A stretch of DNA of 11,893 bases from Promethearchaeota archaeon (GTDB taxonomy: Archaea > Asgardarchaeota > Lokiarchaeia > Sigyniarchaeales > SOKP01): NCBI GenBank assembly GCA_018238625.1, contig JABCSY010000117.1, positions 1-11,893 on the forward strand, in the 5' to 3' direction. Each line of letters starts with the position of its first letter. The stretch's first letter is position 1. A program made the translations under genes and the position numbers. This document shows positions 1 through 7,710 of this stretch, one piece after another. Below the pieces are notes generated by a model. It was not told the DNA's origin. It saw only the letters and a list, made by a program, of their open reading frames with translations, and did not search any database.

Positions 1-2
1 AA

Positions 3-824
3 AGCGAAATCGAGACTCTAAAGATGTTAGATGTTAAAGTTGAGTATAACGTAATTATTGGTAAAACTTTAACGATCGATGATTTGAAAGAAATGGGATT
101 TAAAGCCTTTTTTATTGGAGTAGGAGCAGGACTTCCAATATTTATAAAGGTACCGGGATTAAACTTAAACGGCGTCCTAACTGCTAACGAATTCCTCACT
201 CGATCGAATTTAATGAAAGCTTTTAAGTTTCCTGATTACGATACTCCTGTTAAAATTGGAAAAATAGTAGCTGTTTTAGGAGGGGGTAATGTCGCTTTAG
301 ATTCCGCTAGAACTGCCTTACGATTAGGTGCTGAAAAAGTCATCATTGTTTATCGCAGATCCGAAGTAGAAATGCCTGCAAGAAAGGAGGAGTATCATCA
401 CGCTTTAGAAGAAGGCGTTATCTTTCAATTCTTAACAAATCCAGTGAGATTTATTGGAGATGAAAACGACGATCTTAAACAAATGGAAGTTATTCAAATG
501 AAATTAGGGGAACCTGATGAATCTGGACGTAGACGTCCCATTCCAATCGAAAATTCAGAATACATAATCGATATAGATACGATCATTATAGGCATAGGAA
601 CAAGAGCAAATCCAATCATAACTAGATCAATACCGGAATTGAAAATAAACAAATGGGGCTACATCGAAACGGATGAAAAATCTCAAACCAACATTGAAGA
701 GATATTTGCTGGTGGAGATATCGTAACGGGTTCCGCTACTGTTATCTCTGCTATGGGAGCTGGCAAGCGAGCAGCTCACGGAATTGATAAGTATCTTCAA
801 GAAAAATATTTAGATAAAAAATAG
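3..824 (+). CDS. sudA: NADPH-dependent oxidoreductase, SudA/NfnB (GltD-like, homotetrameric glutamate synthase family), 5'-truncated
   Basis: The frame is open from position 3 (SEIETLK-MLDVKVEYNVIIGKT), so the ATG at 24 is internal. Family motifs: FIGVGAGLP, GVLTANEFL, NADPH-binding VAVLGGGNVALDSARTALRLGA, YRRSEVEMPAR, LGEPDESGRRRP, FAD motif IFAGGDIVTGSATVISAMGAGK. The N-terminal Fe-S domain lies outside the window. Confidence 0.9.
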   Translation, partial: SEIETLKMLDVKVEYNVIIGKTLTIDDLKEMGFKAFFIGVGAGLPIFIKVPGLNLNGVLTANEFLTRSNLMKAFKFPDYDTPVKIGKIVAVLGGGNVALDSARTALRLGAEKVIIVYRRSEVEMPARKEEYHHALEEGVIFQFLTNPVRFIGDENDDLKQMEVIQMKLGEPDESGRRRPIPIENSEYIIDIDTIIIGIGTRANPIITRSIPELKINKWGYIETDEKSQTNIEEIFAGGDIVTGSATVISAMGAGKRAAHGIDKYLQEKYLDKK

Positions 825-835
825 ACTTTTTTTTT
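816..835. terminator. Probable bidirectional archaeal oligo-T terminator between convergent genes
   Basis: T9 at 827-835 follows the TAG of the + gene. A6 at 816-821 reads as T6 on the - strand downstream of the convergent gene. Confidence 0.5.
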
Positions 836-842
836 AAATAGT

Positions 843-1706
843 TTAGTTATGCCCTTGGGGGCATATTTTTAAACAATAAGAACAATAATTATTGTTCAAT
901 AAACTTTCCATGCATTTTGAGCGATCTATGTGAGTGAAAATGCCAGAACCCTTTATTTTCTCAATTGGTTCTTCATAAGTAGCTCCACCTAAACAATCCT
1001 TTATGCAAATACCGCAATTCTCGCAAAAATCCTCCATATCGCTAAGATCTACTTTCTTTGTTTCGGGGATATTGGCATCCGTAGTTATCGCACTCCATCT
1101 TTGTCTCGGACCAAACTCGGGACTAATGATTAACCCATTCCGCCCCTTTATCCCTAACCCCGCAGCTACAGCGTGAGCCGTAAACAAGAGTTTTCCTCCA
1201 AAGGGATGATGAGCCTCCGTCTTGTAACCTTTTTCTTGCAGAAACTGCGTTAACTCGATTGTTTTTTCTCCTAAGTCGTAATACACTCTAAAGGCTTCAA
1301 TACTAACATGAACGCTTGGCGCTGTTTCGATCTTATCCCAATCCATTTCCATGCCAAAAATTATCGCGTTCTTTCCTACAATTGGAAGGTTTTTGAAAAT
1401 ATAGTTTTCTAATACGGGTGTATAACCAATAAGAGCAATTCCCTTTTCTTTAGCTAGATTCTCAAACTCTACCCAAAATTCAGGTGTCGTCTCGGTTTTA
1501 TTATTATCGCCATTTTGATATTTCGTTTTGTTCGCCTTTTGAAAACCTTTAAAAGTCCCTGTTAAATACTTGCTATATTCTTTTGCGGTTTCTCGGTCCA
1601 ATTTCTCTTCGGTTGATAATTTCATTGTAAAAAGCTCTTTTGGAACGACAAAGACTAAATCGTTGTTCTCTCCAACAAAAGTAGGCTCAACTTTTTTAGA
1701 TTCCAT
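843..1706 (-). CDS. Reductive dehalogenase-like (RdhA/QueG superfamily) cobalamin-binding protein with two [4Fe-4S] motifs
   Basis: GIALIGYT, NAIIFGMEMD, LQEKGYKT, AVAAGLGIKGRNGLIISPEFGPRQRWSAITTD (RdhA-type AGLGxxGRxGxxIxPEFGPRxR), then CENCGICIKDC and C-x9-CSYCLKICP. No twin-arginine signal. GAGGTA RBS upstream. Confidence 0.8.
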   Translation of the reverse strand: MESKKVEPTFVGENNDLVFVVPKELFTMKLSTEEKLDRETAKEYSKYLTGTFKGFQKANKTKYQNGDNNKTETTPEFWVEFENLAKEKGIALIGYTPVLENYIFKNLPIVGKNAIIFGMEMDWDKIETAPSVHVSIEAFRVYYDLGEKTIELTQFLQEKGYKTEAHHPFGGKLLFTAHAVAAGLGIKGRNGLIISPEFGPRQRWSAITTDANIPETKKVDLSDMEDFCENCGICIKDCLGGATYEEPIEKIKGSGIFTHIDRSKCMESLLNNNYCSYCLKICPQGHN

Positions 1707-1712
1707 AAAAGA

Positions 1713-1718
1713 TACCTC
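1713..1718 (-). promoter_or_regulatory. Shine-Dalgarno site (GAGGTA) of the RdhA-like gene
   Basis: TACCTC on the + strand reads GAGGTA on the - strand, 6 nt before the ATG at 1706. Confidence 0.65.
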
Positions 1719-1789
1719 AATAATTTATAATAACAAAATTTTTACTTTTATTTGTAATATTTAGATTAAATAGAGAGAATAATAATTTT

Positions 1790-4700
1790 ATGATTAACAA
1801 TCCTAAGGCTCTTAAATATAAGTGCCCTTTTTGCAGTAACTCGTTAGAATCCCGATTTTCAAAGTGCTTTAATGTATATTGTCCAGGGCATAAATTCAAC
1901 TTGGGTAATTTAGTCATCTTCAGATTAAATTCTGATTTAAGCATTGGTAGAATTGTAAAAAAAATAGACATCCCAGCTTCCAAGTCGTTAGATGGCGAGG
2001 ATTCTTATTTTATAACCAAATATAAAGTTTTATTTGAAAATAATATAATTAAAATTATTCACCCTCTTGATCTCATACATTACGTCTTTGAGGTTAACGA
2101 AAGAATAATTACTAAGAAAGGAGTTGGAGTAATTAATTCCAAAAACTTCGTAATAAAAGATGGAAATTTATCCTATGAATCTATATTTCCAAATGGGAAA
2201 TTAGCTCAAGTTTACGAATCTGAAATAATTTCAAAGTATGAAACTCCCGTAAAAAGAATAATTTCAAAGCAAAGAGTTGACCCTCCAGAGAACTTCTTAC
2301 TAAAGTACTGGGCTAATCTTTTTTATTCTTATTACACATCTTATCAAATTAAATGTATAACCAATTCTAGACTTTCCCTTATGCCACACCAAATAAATGT
2401 GGCCCATCGATTGTCAGAAGAATACTTTCCAAGAATTATATTAGCAGATGAGGTCGGACTCGGAAAAACTATTGAAGCCGGTATTTATATTAAAGAAATG
2501 ATGGCGAGAAATCTTGCCGAGAGAATTTTAATAATTGTTCCTGCTACTTTAGTAAAACAATGGCAATTTGAAATGCAAAACAAGTTTAACATTGAATTTA
2601 CTATATACGATGGGAAAAAAATCAAAGAATTAAAGAAAATCGGAAATCGTACGGGCACTGAATTGTTTCAAAACCCATTCTATTACGATAATCTAATTAT
2701 TTGTTCTCTACAATTTGCGAAAAATAGAAAATATATAAACTTTCTTTCTCAAATTTCATGGGACATAGTTGTTTTTGACGAAGCCCATCATTTGCGAAGA
2801 TATTTAATCAACGCAGCTACTGGAAATTATAGAGAAACCTTAAATTACGACTTAGCAAGGAATATAAGCCTTTCTACCGAATCATTATTGTTATTATCGG
2901 CAACACCTTTACAACTACACTCGTTTGAATTGTATTCGCTTATAGAATTAATCCAAGGAGAAGCTTTTGACAATTTTTCAGATTTCGAACATTTTAGAAA
3001 AAATATGCCGTTTATAAATTTACTAGTTGCTAACGTTAATAACATTGATAAATTAAATAATTTCGAAGTAAAAAATACTATAAAACTTCTTAAGAACCTA
3101 AAGTACATAAGTAGTAACAAAAATAATGAAGGAATACTAGAACTGTTAAAAAACAATAATTATAAATTAAATTTATTAAAGAAAATTGAAGAGGACCACA
3201 CATTATCAAAGTTTCTAATTAGGAATCGTAAAAAGAATGTATTTTCAGAAGAATTTTTAAACAAACGAGTTGTTAAAACTATTGTTATAAATCCTACGAA
3301 GCAAGAATTAGAAGTTTATGACGAGATTAGACTCTATTTAGCGAAGATTTACAATTCTGCAACAAATAAAGAGAACATAGGAATTGGATTTATTATAACG
3401 ACTTTGCAAAAACTACTTACAAGCTCTAAATACGCGTTTTTAAAAAGCCTAGATAGAAGACTAGAACAGATTGAGCGCTTAAAAAGCATTTCTCTTGAAT
3501 TAGATATATTAAAGAACGAAAACCCGGAATACTATGAATCGGAATTGAAAGATCAATATATCGATTCTGACTTTACTTACAATAACGATAACAACTCGGT
3601 TAAAAAATCAGAAAAAACTTCCTTAGGTTTGCTTAACCAAGAAAAAATAATAAGACAATTTTATAACAATTTAAAAGCATTACCTTACGACTCTAAATCT
3701 GAGAAACTAGTTGAATTGTTAAATAAGATTTATTCTCAAAATTCTAACGAAAAGATATTAGTCTTTACGCAATTTGTAGACACTCTGTTGTATTTAAAAG
3801 ATTTGTTGAACAAACAAAATGAAGGTTACTATATGGAAACTTTTTACGGAGGCTTAAATAAAGTTGAAAAAGATGAAGCTGTAGAGAGATTCCGGGAAAG
3901 CAAGAAATTCTCTATTTTACTTTCTACGGAAATCGGTGGCGAGGGTAGAAATTTTCAATTTGCGCGTGTTTTAATAAATTACGATTTACCATGGAATCCT
4001 ATGAAATTGGAACAACGAATTGGTAGACTTGATAGGATAGGTCAAAAGTCCAAAGAGATTTACATTTATAACTTTTATATGGAAGGAACTGTAGAAACAG
4101 ATATTATGTTCGCGCTCGATAAAAGAATTCACCTATTCGAAGAATCTATAGGGCAGCTAGAACCGATAATAGGTAGAATACAAAAAGATATAAAAAATAT
4201 TATCTTTACTGAAGAAAAGGGCAATAGAAGGAAAAAATTAAACGAGTTCAACAGAAGATTAGACCTTGAAGTAAAAAGGGCAAGAGAATTAGAAATGCAA
4301 CTAGACGATTTACTGATTGACAAAAAATCTTTTCGAATCGACGATTTAATAACTTCTTGGACGACATGTAAAGAAGTAAGGCTTAGTCATAACGAATTGT
4401 TTTTACTAACGAAATATTTCTTTAGCCTCAATCATAATAAGTTTGGTCTTGTAAATGTCTTTAAAGAAGAAGGTATCAAAGCTTCTGAAAAAATAGGTCT
4501 TGAGACAAAAATTACGATAAACGACATTTTACTTAAAAATCCCAGGTATAAATTCTTACAGGAATATGTAGGTACGTTTGATTTGAATCTAGCAAGAGAA
4601 CGAGAAGAGATCGACTTCTTTGCGTTAGGACATCCGTTAATTAACGAAGTGTTAGATTATTGTACATCAGGAGATTTAGAGGGAACATTTACGGTACTAA

Positions 4701-5398
4701 ATTTAACGAAGGATAACTTGCCTGAACATTTAATCAATCTTTTATCTTCTAAAAAAGACCTTTATTTATTCGTATTTAACGTAAAATTTCAAGGTTACAT
4801 ATTAGAAAATCAATTCTCTGCTGTAATAGTAGATAATAATGGGAATGAGATTCCAGATTTAGCAGATATCGTGCTAGATATTAAAAGGTTTCAAGATTAT
4901 TTAGTTAGTGATCTAGATTATCCTTATAAAGCTCAATTAGACCTAAGTTTTCTCGAGCAACTTACTCAAAAAGCTAAAAATCTTGTAAAATGGAAGACTT
5001 CTCAATGGAAAAAAGAGATTAGAGTTTTAAACGCTAAAATATTTGATATTGAGACCTCTAAGAAAGAGAAAATATTTAGTTACAAAAAGAGAGTATTAAG
5101 TTTTAGACAAGAATCTTTAAGACAAAAATTAGGGAAAAAAAAAAGCCAGAGCCCAACCGAAAGACAACTATTAAACATTAAGAATATGGATGATAGAATC
5201 AAAAAGCAAGAGCGTTTAGATAAAATTGAGAATTTGAAGGAAGAGGTACAATTTCTCCGTAAGAATATATCATCTATCGATAAAAAGCTAGACGATCTGG
5301 CCTTTGAATACGAGGATCTCAAAAAAGAGATGGATAAAAGAAATATTGCAAAATATTACACTAATTTAAGCTCATTTGCTATTATTCAAATTAAATAA
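1790..5398 (+). CDS. rapA: Snf2-family ATPase/helicase, RapA/HepA-like, with N-terminal Cys4 zinc ribbon
   Basis: SRLSLMPHQ; motif I RIILADEVGLGKTIEAG; Ia RILIIVPATLVKQW; NPF..NLIICSLQF; motif II WDIVVFDEAHHL; III LLLLSATP; IV EKILVFTQF; V STEIGGEGRNFQFA; VI YDLPWNPMKLEQRIGRLDRIGQ; RapA C-terminal-like GTFDLNLAREREEIDFFALGHPLI. The Snf2 call is secure; true RapA orthology is less certain. Confidence 0.85.
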   Translation: MINNPKALKYKCPFCSNSLESRFSKCFNVYCPGHKFNLGNLVIFRLNSDLSIGRIVKKIDIPASKSLDGEDSYFITKYKVLFENNIIKIIHPLDLIHYVFEVNERIITKKGVGVINSKNFVIKDGNLSYESIFPNGKLAQVYESEIISKYETPVKRIISKQRVDPPENFLLKYWANLFYSYYTSYQIKCITNSRLSLMPHQINVAHRLSEEYFPRIILADEVGLGKTIEAGIYIKEMMARNLAERILIIVPATLVKQWQFEMQNKFNIEFTIYDGKKIKELKKIGNRTGTELFQNPFYYDNLIICSLQFAKNRKYINFLSQISWDIVVFDEAHHLRRYLINAATGNYRETLNYDLARNISLSTESLLLLSATPLQLHSFELYSLIELIQGEAFDNFSDFEHFRKNMPFINLLVANVNNIDKLNNFEVKNTIKLLKNLKYISSNKNNEGILELLKNNNYKLNLLKKIEEDHTLSKFLIRNRKKNVFSEEFLNKRVVKTIVINPTKQELEVYDEIRLYLAKIYNSATNKENIGIGFIITTLQKLLTSSKYAFLKSLDRRLEQIERLKSISLELDILKNENPEYYESELKDQYIDSDFTYNNDNNSVKKSEKTSLGLLNQEKIIRQFYNNLKALPYDSKSEKLVELLNKIYSQNSNEKILVFTQFVDTLLYLKDLLNKQNEGYYMETFYGGLNKVEKDEAVERFRESKKFSILLSTEIGGEGRNFQFARVLINYDLPWNPMKLEQRIGRLDRIGQKSKEIYIYNFYMEGTVETDIMFALDKRIHLFEESIGQLEPIIGRIQKDIKNIIFTEEKGNRRKKLNEFNRRLDLEVKRARELEMQLDDLLIDKKSFRIDDLITSWTTCKEVRLSHNELFLLTKYFFSLNHNKFGLVNVFKEEGIKASEKIGLETKITINDILLKNPRYKFLQEYVGTFDLNLAREREEIDFFALGHPLINEVLDYCTSGDLEGTFTVLNLTKDNLPEHLINLLSSKKDLYLFVFNVKFQGYILENQFSAVIVDNNGNEIPDLADIVLDIKRFQDYLVSDLDYPYKAQLDLSFLEQLTQKAKNLVKWKTSQWKKEIRVLNAKIFDIETSKKEKIFSYKKRVLSFRQESLRQKLGKKKSQSPTERQLLNIKNMDDRIKKQERLDKIENLKEEVQFLRKNISSIDKKLDDLAFEYEDLKKEMDKRNIAKYYTNLSSFAIIQIK

Positions 5399-5548
5399 CT
5401 AGTTTATTCCATTCTTCAATGCTTTTATAAAGCTCTACTAAAAGCAGAAATAATCTTACTTCATACGCGTCATACATGAACTAATCAATTAAAAATATTT
5501 AAATCCTATAATAGTTATGGTTAATATGGTGAAAGAAACAACATTAAA

Positions 5549-6073
5549 TTGGTGATTAAAATAATTAATGAAAATAATATCCAAAAAAATGATGAAATAT
5601 TATTTGCAGAATGGGTTCCAGCGGGAAAATTTATAAAAATTTTAGTGCTATTTGTATGTTTATTAATTTCTTCAAATGGTATTATAATTACCGCTTTCAT
5701 ACCCAAAGAGCTTGCGTTTTTAAGAATAACATTTGGTGTTGGAAGTATTGTTGTAAGTATAATTATCTTTCTTATATATTGGAACTACAGAGGACTAAAA
5801 ATCACCTTAACCAAAAACCAACTTGATGTAGAATATGGAATTTTTAACCATAAAAAAATTCCTATAAAAAAAATAACCAGATGCGAAATAACTAAAGCAA
5901 ATTTTAGAAAATATTGGGGCGTAGGAATTCGATTTGGATTAGATGGTTCATTGGTCTACAACACAGATTTCGGAGAGGCTGTAAAACTAACATTTCAAGA
6001 TGGTAAACCATTCGTTTTCTCTACAAAAAATTCACAGGAAATATGCAATCTAATAAACAAATTATCAAATTAA
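5549..6073 (+). CDS. Membrane protein with two TM helices and a probable bacterial-type PH (bPH) C-terminal domain; start uncertain (TTG 5549 or GTG 5552)
   Basis: Hydrophobic segments ILVLFVCLLISSNGIIITAFI and ITFGVGSIVVSIIIFLIYW, followed by the beta-rich LKITLTKNQLDVEYGIFNHKKIPIKKI...WGVGIR...AVKLTF...FVFST and a terminal helix, typical of bPH-type membrane proteins. Confidence 0.7.
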   Translation: MVIKIINENNIQKNDEILFAEWVPAGKFIKILVLFVCLLISSNGIIITAFIPKELAFLRITFGVGSIVVSIIIFLIYWNYRGLKITLTKNQLDVEYGIFNHKKIPIKKITRCEITKANFRKYWGVGIRFGLDGSLVYNTDFGEAVKLTFQDGKPFVFSTKNSQEICNLINKLSN

Positions 6074-6106
6074 AAAAATTTTCTCCGAAATCATTGGGGA
6101 TTTGAG

Positions 6107-6133
6107 TTTTTAAAAAAAAGAGTATATTTTTTT
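6107..6133. terminator. Probable bidirectional oligo-T terminator region between convergent genes
   Basis: T5 (6107-6111) and T7 (6127-6133) on the + strand, and A8 (6112-6119, T8 on the - strand), in a 61-nt gap between convergent stop codons. Confidence 0.5.
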
Positions 6134-6134
6134 G

Positions 6135-7586
6135 TTATTTTAACTTATTCAGCGCGTCTTTTAGAGTCATTTCAAAATTTTCTAATATAAAATCGGTATC
6201 TTCTTCCGTTACAACTAAAGGTGGCTTGATTTTGATTACATTTCGTCTTCTAAGTTTACCTGTGGCCGTTAGAATTGGCATACTTGGTCCTAAATATAAG
6301 TTATGTTTTGGTGCTAGTAATACCATCTCTTCAGAAAGTTCTGTGAAAGGTTCTCGTGTCTCTCTGTTTTTAACTAATTCTATCCCGATAAATAATCCAG
6401 GACCTCTGATATCTCCAATCTCTTCGTATTCTTCTTGCATTTCAAATAGTCGTTTAGTGATCTTATTACCCATTTTTTCGCAATTTTCGCCATATTTGGC
6501 TTTCTCGATAACTTTAATTGCTGCCAGTGAAGTTGCAAATGATAATGGGTCAGAGCTAAACGTAGTGTGCTCTTCCGAAGGACCAAATCTTTTCTTGATT
6601 TTTGGAGATGCTACTAAAACACCTAAAGGAAACCCGCCTCCGATTCCTTTTGTGAATGTCATCATATCTGGTGAAACATCTATGTTTAATTCCTTTTCGT
6701 ATCGTTCGGTTATTGTAAAATATTTTCCACATCTCCACATACATGTTTGACATTCGTCGTATATTAGGAATACTTTTTCTTCTTCACATACTAACTTCAA
6801 TTTTCGTAAAAATTCGGGTGGTGCGGGTATTTGACCTCCAGCAGCTTGAATTGGTTCAAGCATAATACCTGCAAATCTTTTTGGTGCCATCCCAAGTATA
6901 TAGTTTTCTACTAAATCAAAACATTCTAAATTGCAGCTAGGATCCTTTTTACCGTTTAAACCTCCTTTATAATTCCACAAACATCTATAACAATAAGGAT
7001 AAGGCATTCTGGTGAAGTGCTCGTGTCCAAAGCTAGTGAAACGGTTTACTCCATGCATTGGTTGAGTTGCCGTAGCCATCACTAAAGTGGAGCCGTGATA
7101 ACCGCCCCAAAAAACTCCAAAATGATCAGCTCCTCTTGATGCCATCATTGCTAATTTGATAGCCGCTTCGTTAGCTAAACCGCCCCCTTGATTGTTTAAA
7201 GAAACTCTTCCTCCTTTAAGCTTTCCTGATACTAATTCTGCGATTTTATTTACCAATTTTGCTCTAGCAGGAGTTAATACGTTATATCTAACGTGATTTA
7301 GTCTAATCATTTGTTGATAGGCTGCATAATTAACATCCGGGTGTGCAAATCCAAGAGATAAAGTCCAATTCATGGATGTGGCATCAAGAATCTCTTTTAC
7401 ATTGCCTTCTTTATCCATTACTTTCACCCACGAAGACCCTGGTTCTTTTGCCTCTATAGCAGTTAAAGCTTCATAAAAAGAATTAAGTGCGTGTTTATCA
7501 AACTCAATAAGTTCTTCCTCGTTAATTCCCGATGGAATTCGCTCAATTTCTTCCTTAGTTAAAATTTTAGGTTCAATTTCTTTCAT
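6135..7586 (-). CDS. PLP-dependent class III aminotransferase (GabT/ArgD-like), substrate unknown
   Basis: SLGFAHPDV, GGLANEAAIKLA, FWGGYHGST, MLEPIQAAGG, LIYDECQT, PDMMTFTKGIGGGFPLG (PLP lysine codon at 6648-6650), HTTF, IGDIRGPGLFIGIELV, NVIKIKPPL. Confidence 0.92.
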   Translation of the reverse strand: MKEIEPKILTKEEIERIPSGINEEELIEFDKHALNSFYEALTAIEAKEPGSSWVKVMDKEGNVKEILDATSMNWTLSLGFAHPDVNYAAYQQMIRLNHVRYNVLTPARAKLVNKIAELVSGKLKGGRVSLNNQGGGLANEAAIKLAMMASRGADHFGVFWGGYHGSTLVMATATQPMHGVNRFTSFGHEHFTRMPYPYCYRCLWNYKGGLNGKKDPSCNLECFDLVENYILGMAPKRFAGIMLEPIQAAGGQIPAPPEFLRKLKLVCEEEKVFLIYDECQTCMWRCGKYFTITERYEKELNIDVSPDMMTFTKGIGGGFPLGVLVASPKIKKRFGPSEEHTTFSSDPLSFATSLAAIKVIEKAKYGENCEKMGNKITKRLFEMQEEYEEIGDIRGPGLFIGIELVKNRETREPFTELSEEMVLLAPKHNLYLGPSMPILTATGKLRRRNVIKIKPPLVVTEEDTDFILENFEMTLKDALNKLK

Positions 7587-7710
7587 AATTAATATAAAAA
7601 TAAATTATTTTTTTAAATTAGATTTGAGATCATAGTTTTTAAAAGTAATGCTTTCTCTACTTGGAAAATAATTCAATATGAAATATACTTGACTGAAGAT
7701 ATAAATCAAA

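Noticed and set aside
3-1706. SudA/NfnB as dedicated electron donor for the adjacent RdhA-like protein
   Set aside because: The genes are convergent with terminator-like tracts between them, so adjacency alone gives no evidence of functional coupling.
1570-1983. Short ORFs 1570-1764 (+) and 1717-1983 (-)
   Set aside because: Antisense shadows of well-supported genes with no recognisable motifs.
5135-5144. A10 tract in the helicase gene (also A9 in vapC at 10781-10789) as slippage or phase-variation site
   Set aside because: Both frames are intact, and poly-Lys A runs are expected in AT-rich DNA.
2845-5322. Minus-strand ORFs 2845-3156, 4129-4323 and 5080-5322
   Set aside because: Ser/Phe/Leu-rich antisense shadows of the helicase gene.
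1790-5398. DISARM/BREX-type defence helicase (DrmD-like)
   Set aside because: No methyltransferase, DrmA/B/C, PLD or nuclease genes nearby, and the terminal domains look RapA-like. Not fully excluded without a tree.
5460-5480. TTCAT...ATGAA inverted repeat with a TCATAC direct repeat in the intergenic region
   Set aside because: Arms are only 5-6 bp, with no second copy noticed; too weak to call an operator.
5521-6753. ORFs 5521-5706 (-), 5611-5826 (+), 6226-6750 (+), 6380-6586 (-) and 6556-6753 (-)
   Set aside because: They overlap better-supported genes and lack family motifs.
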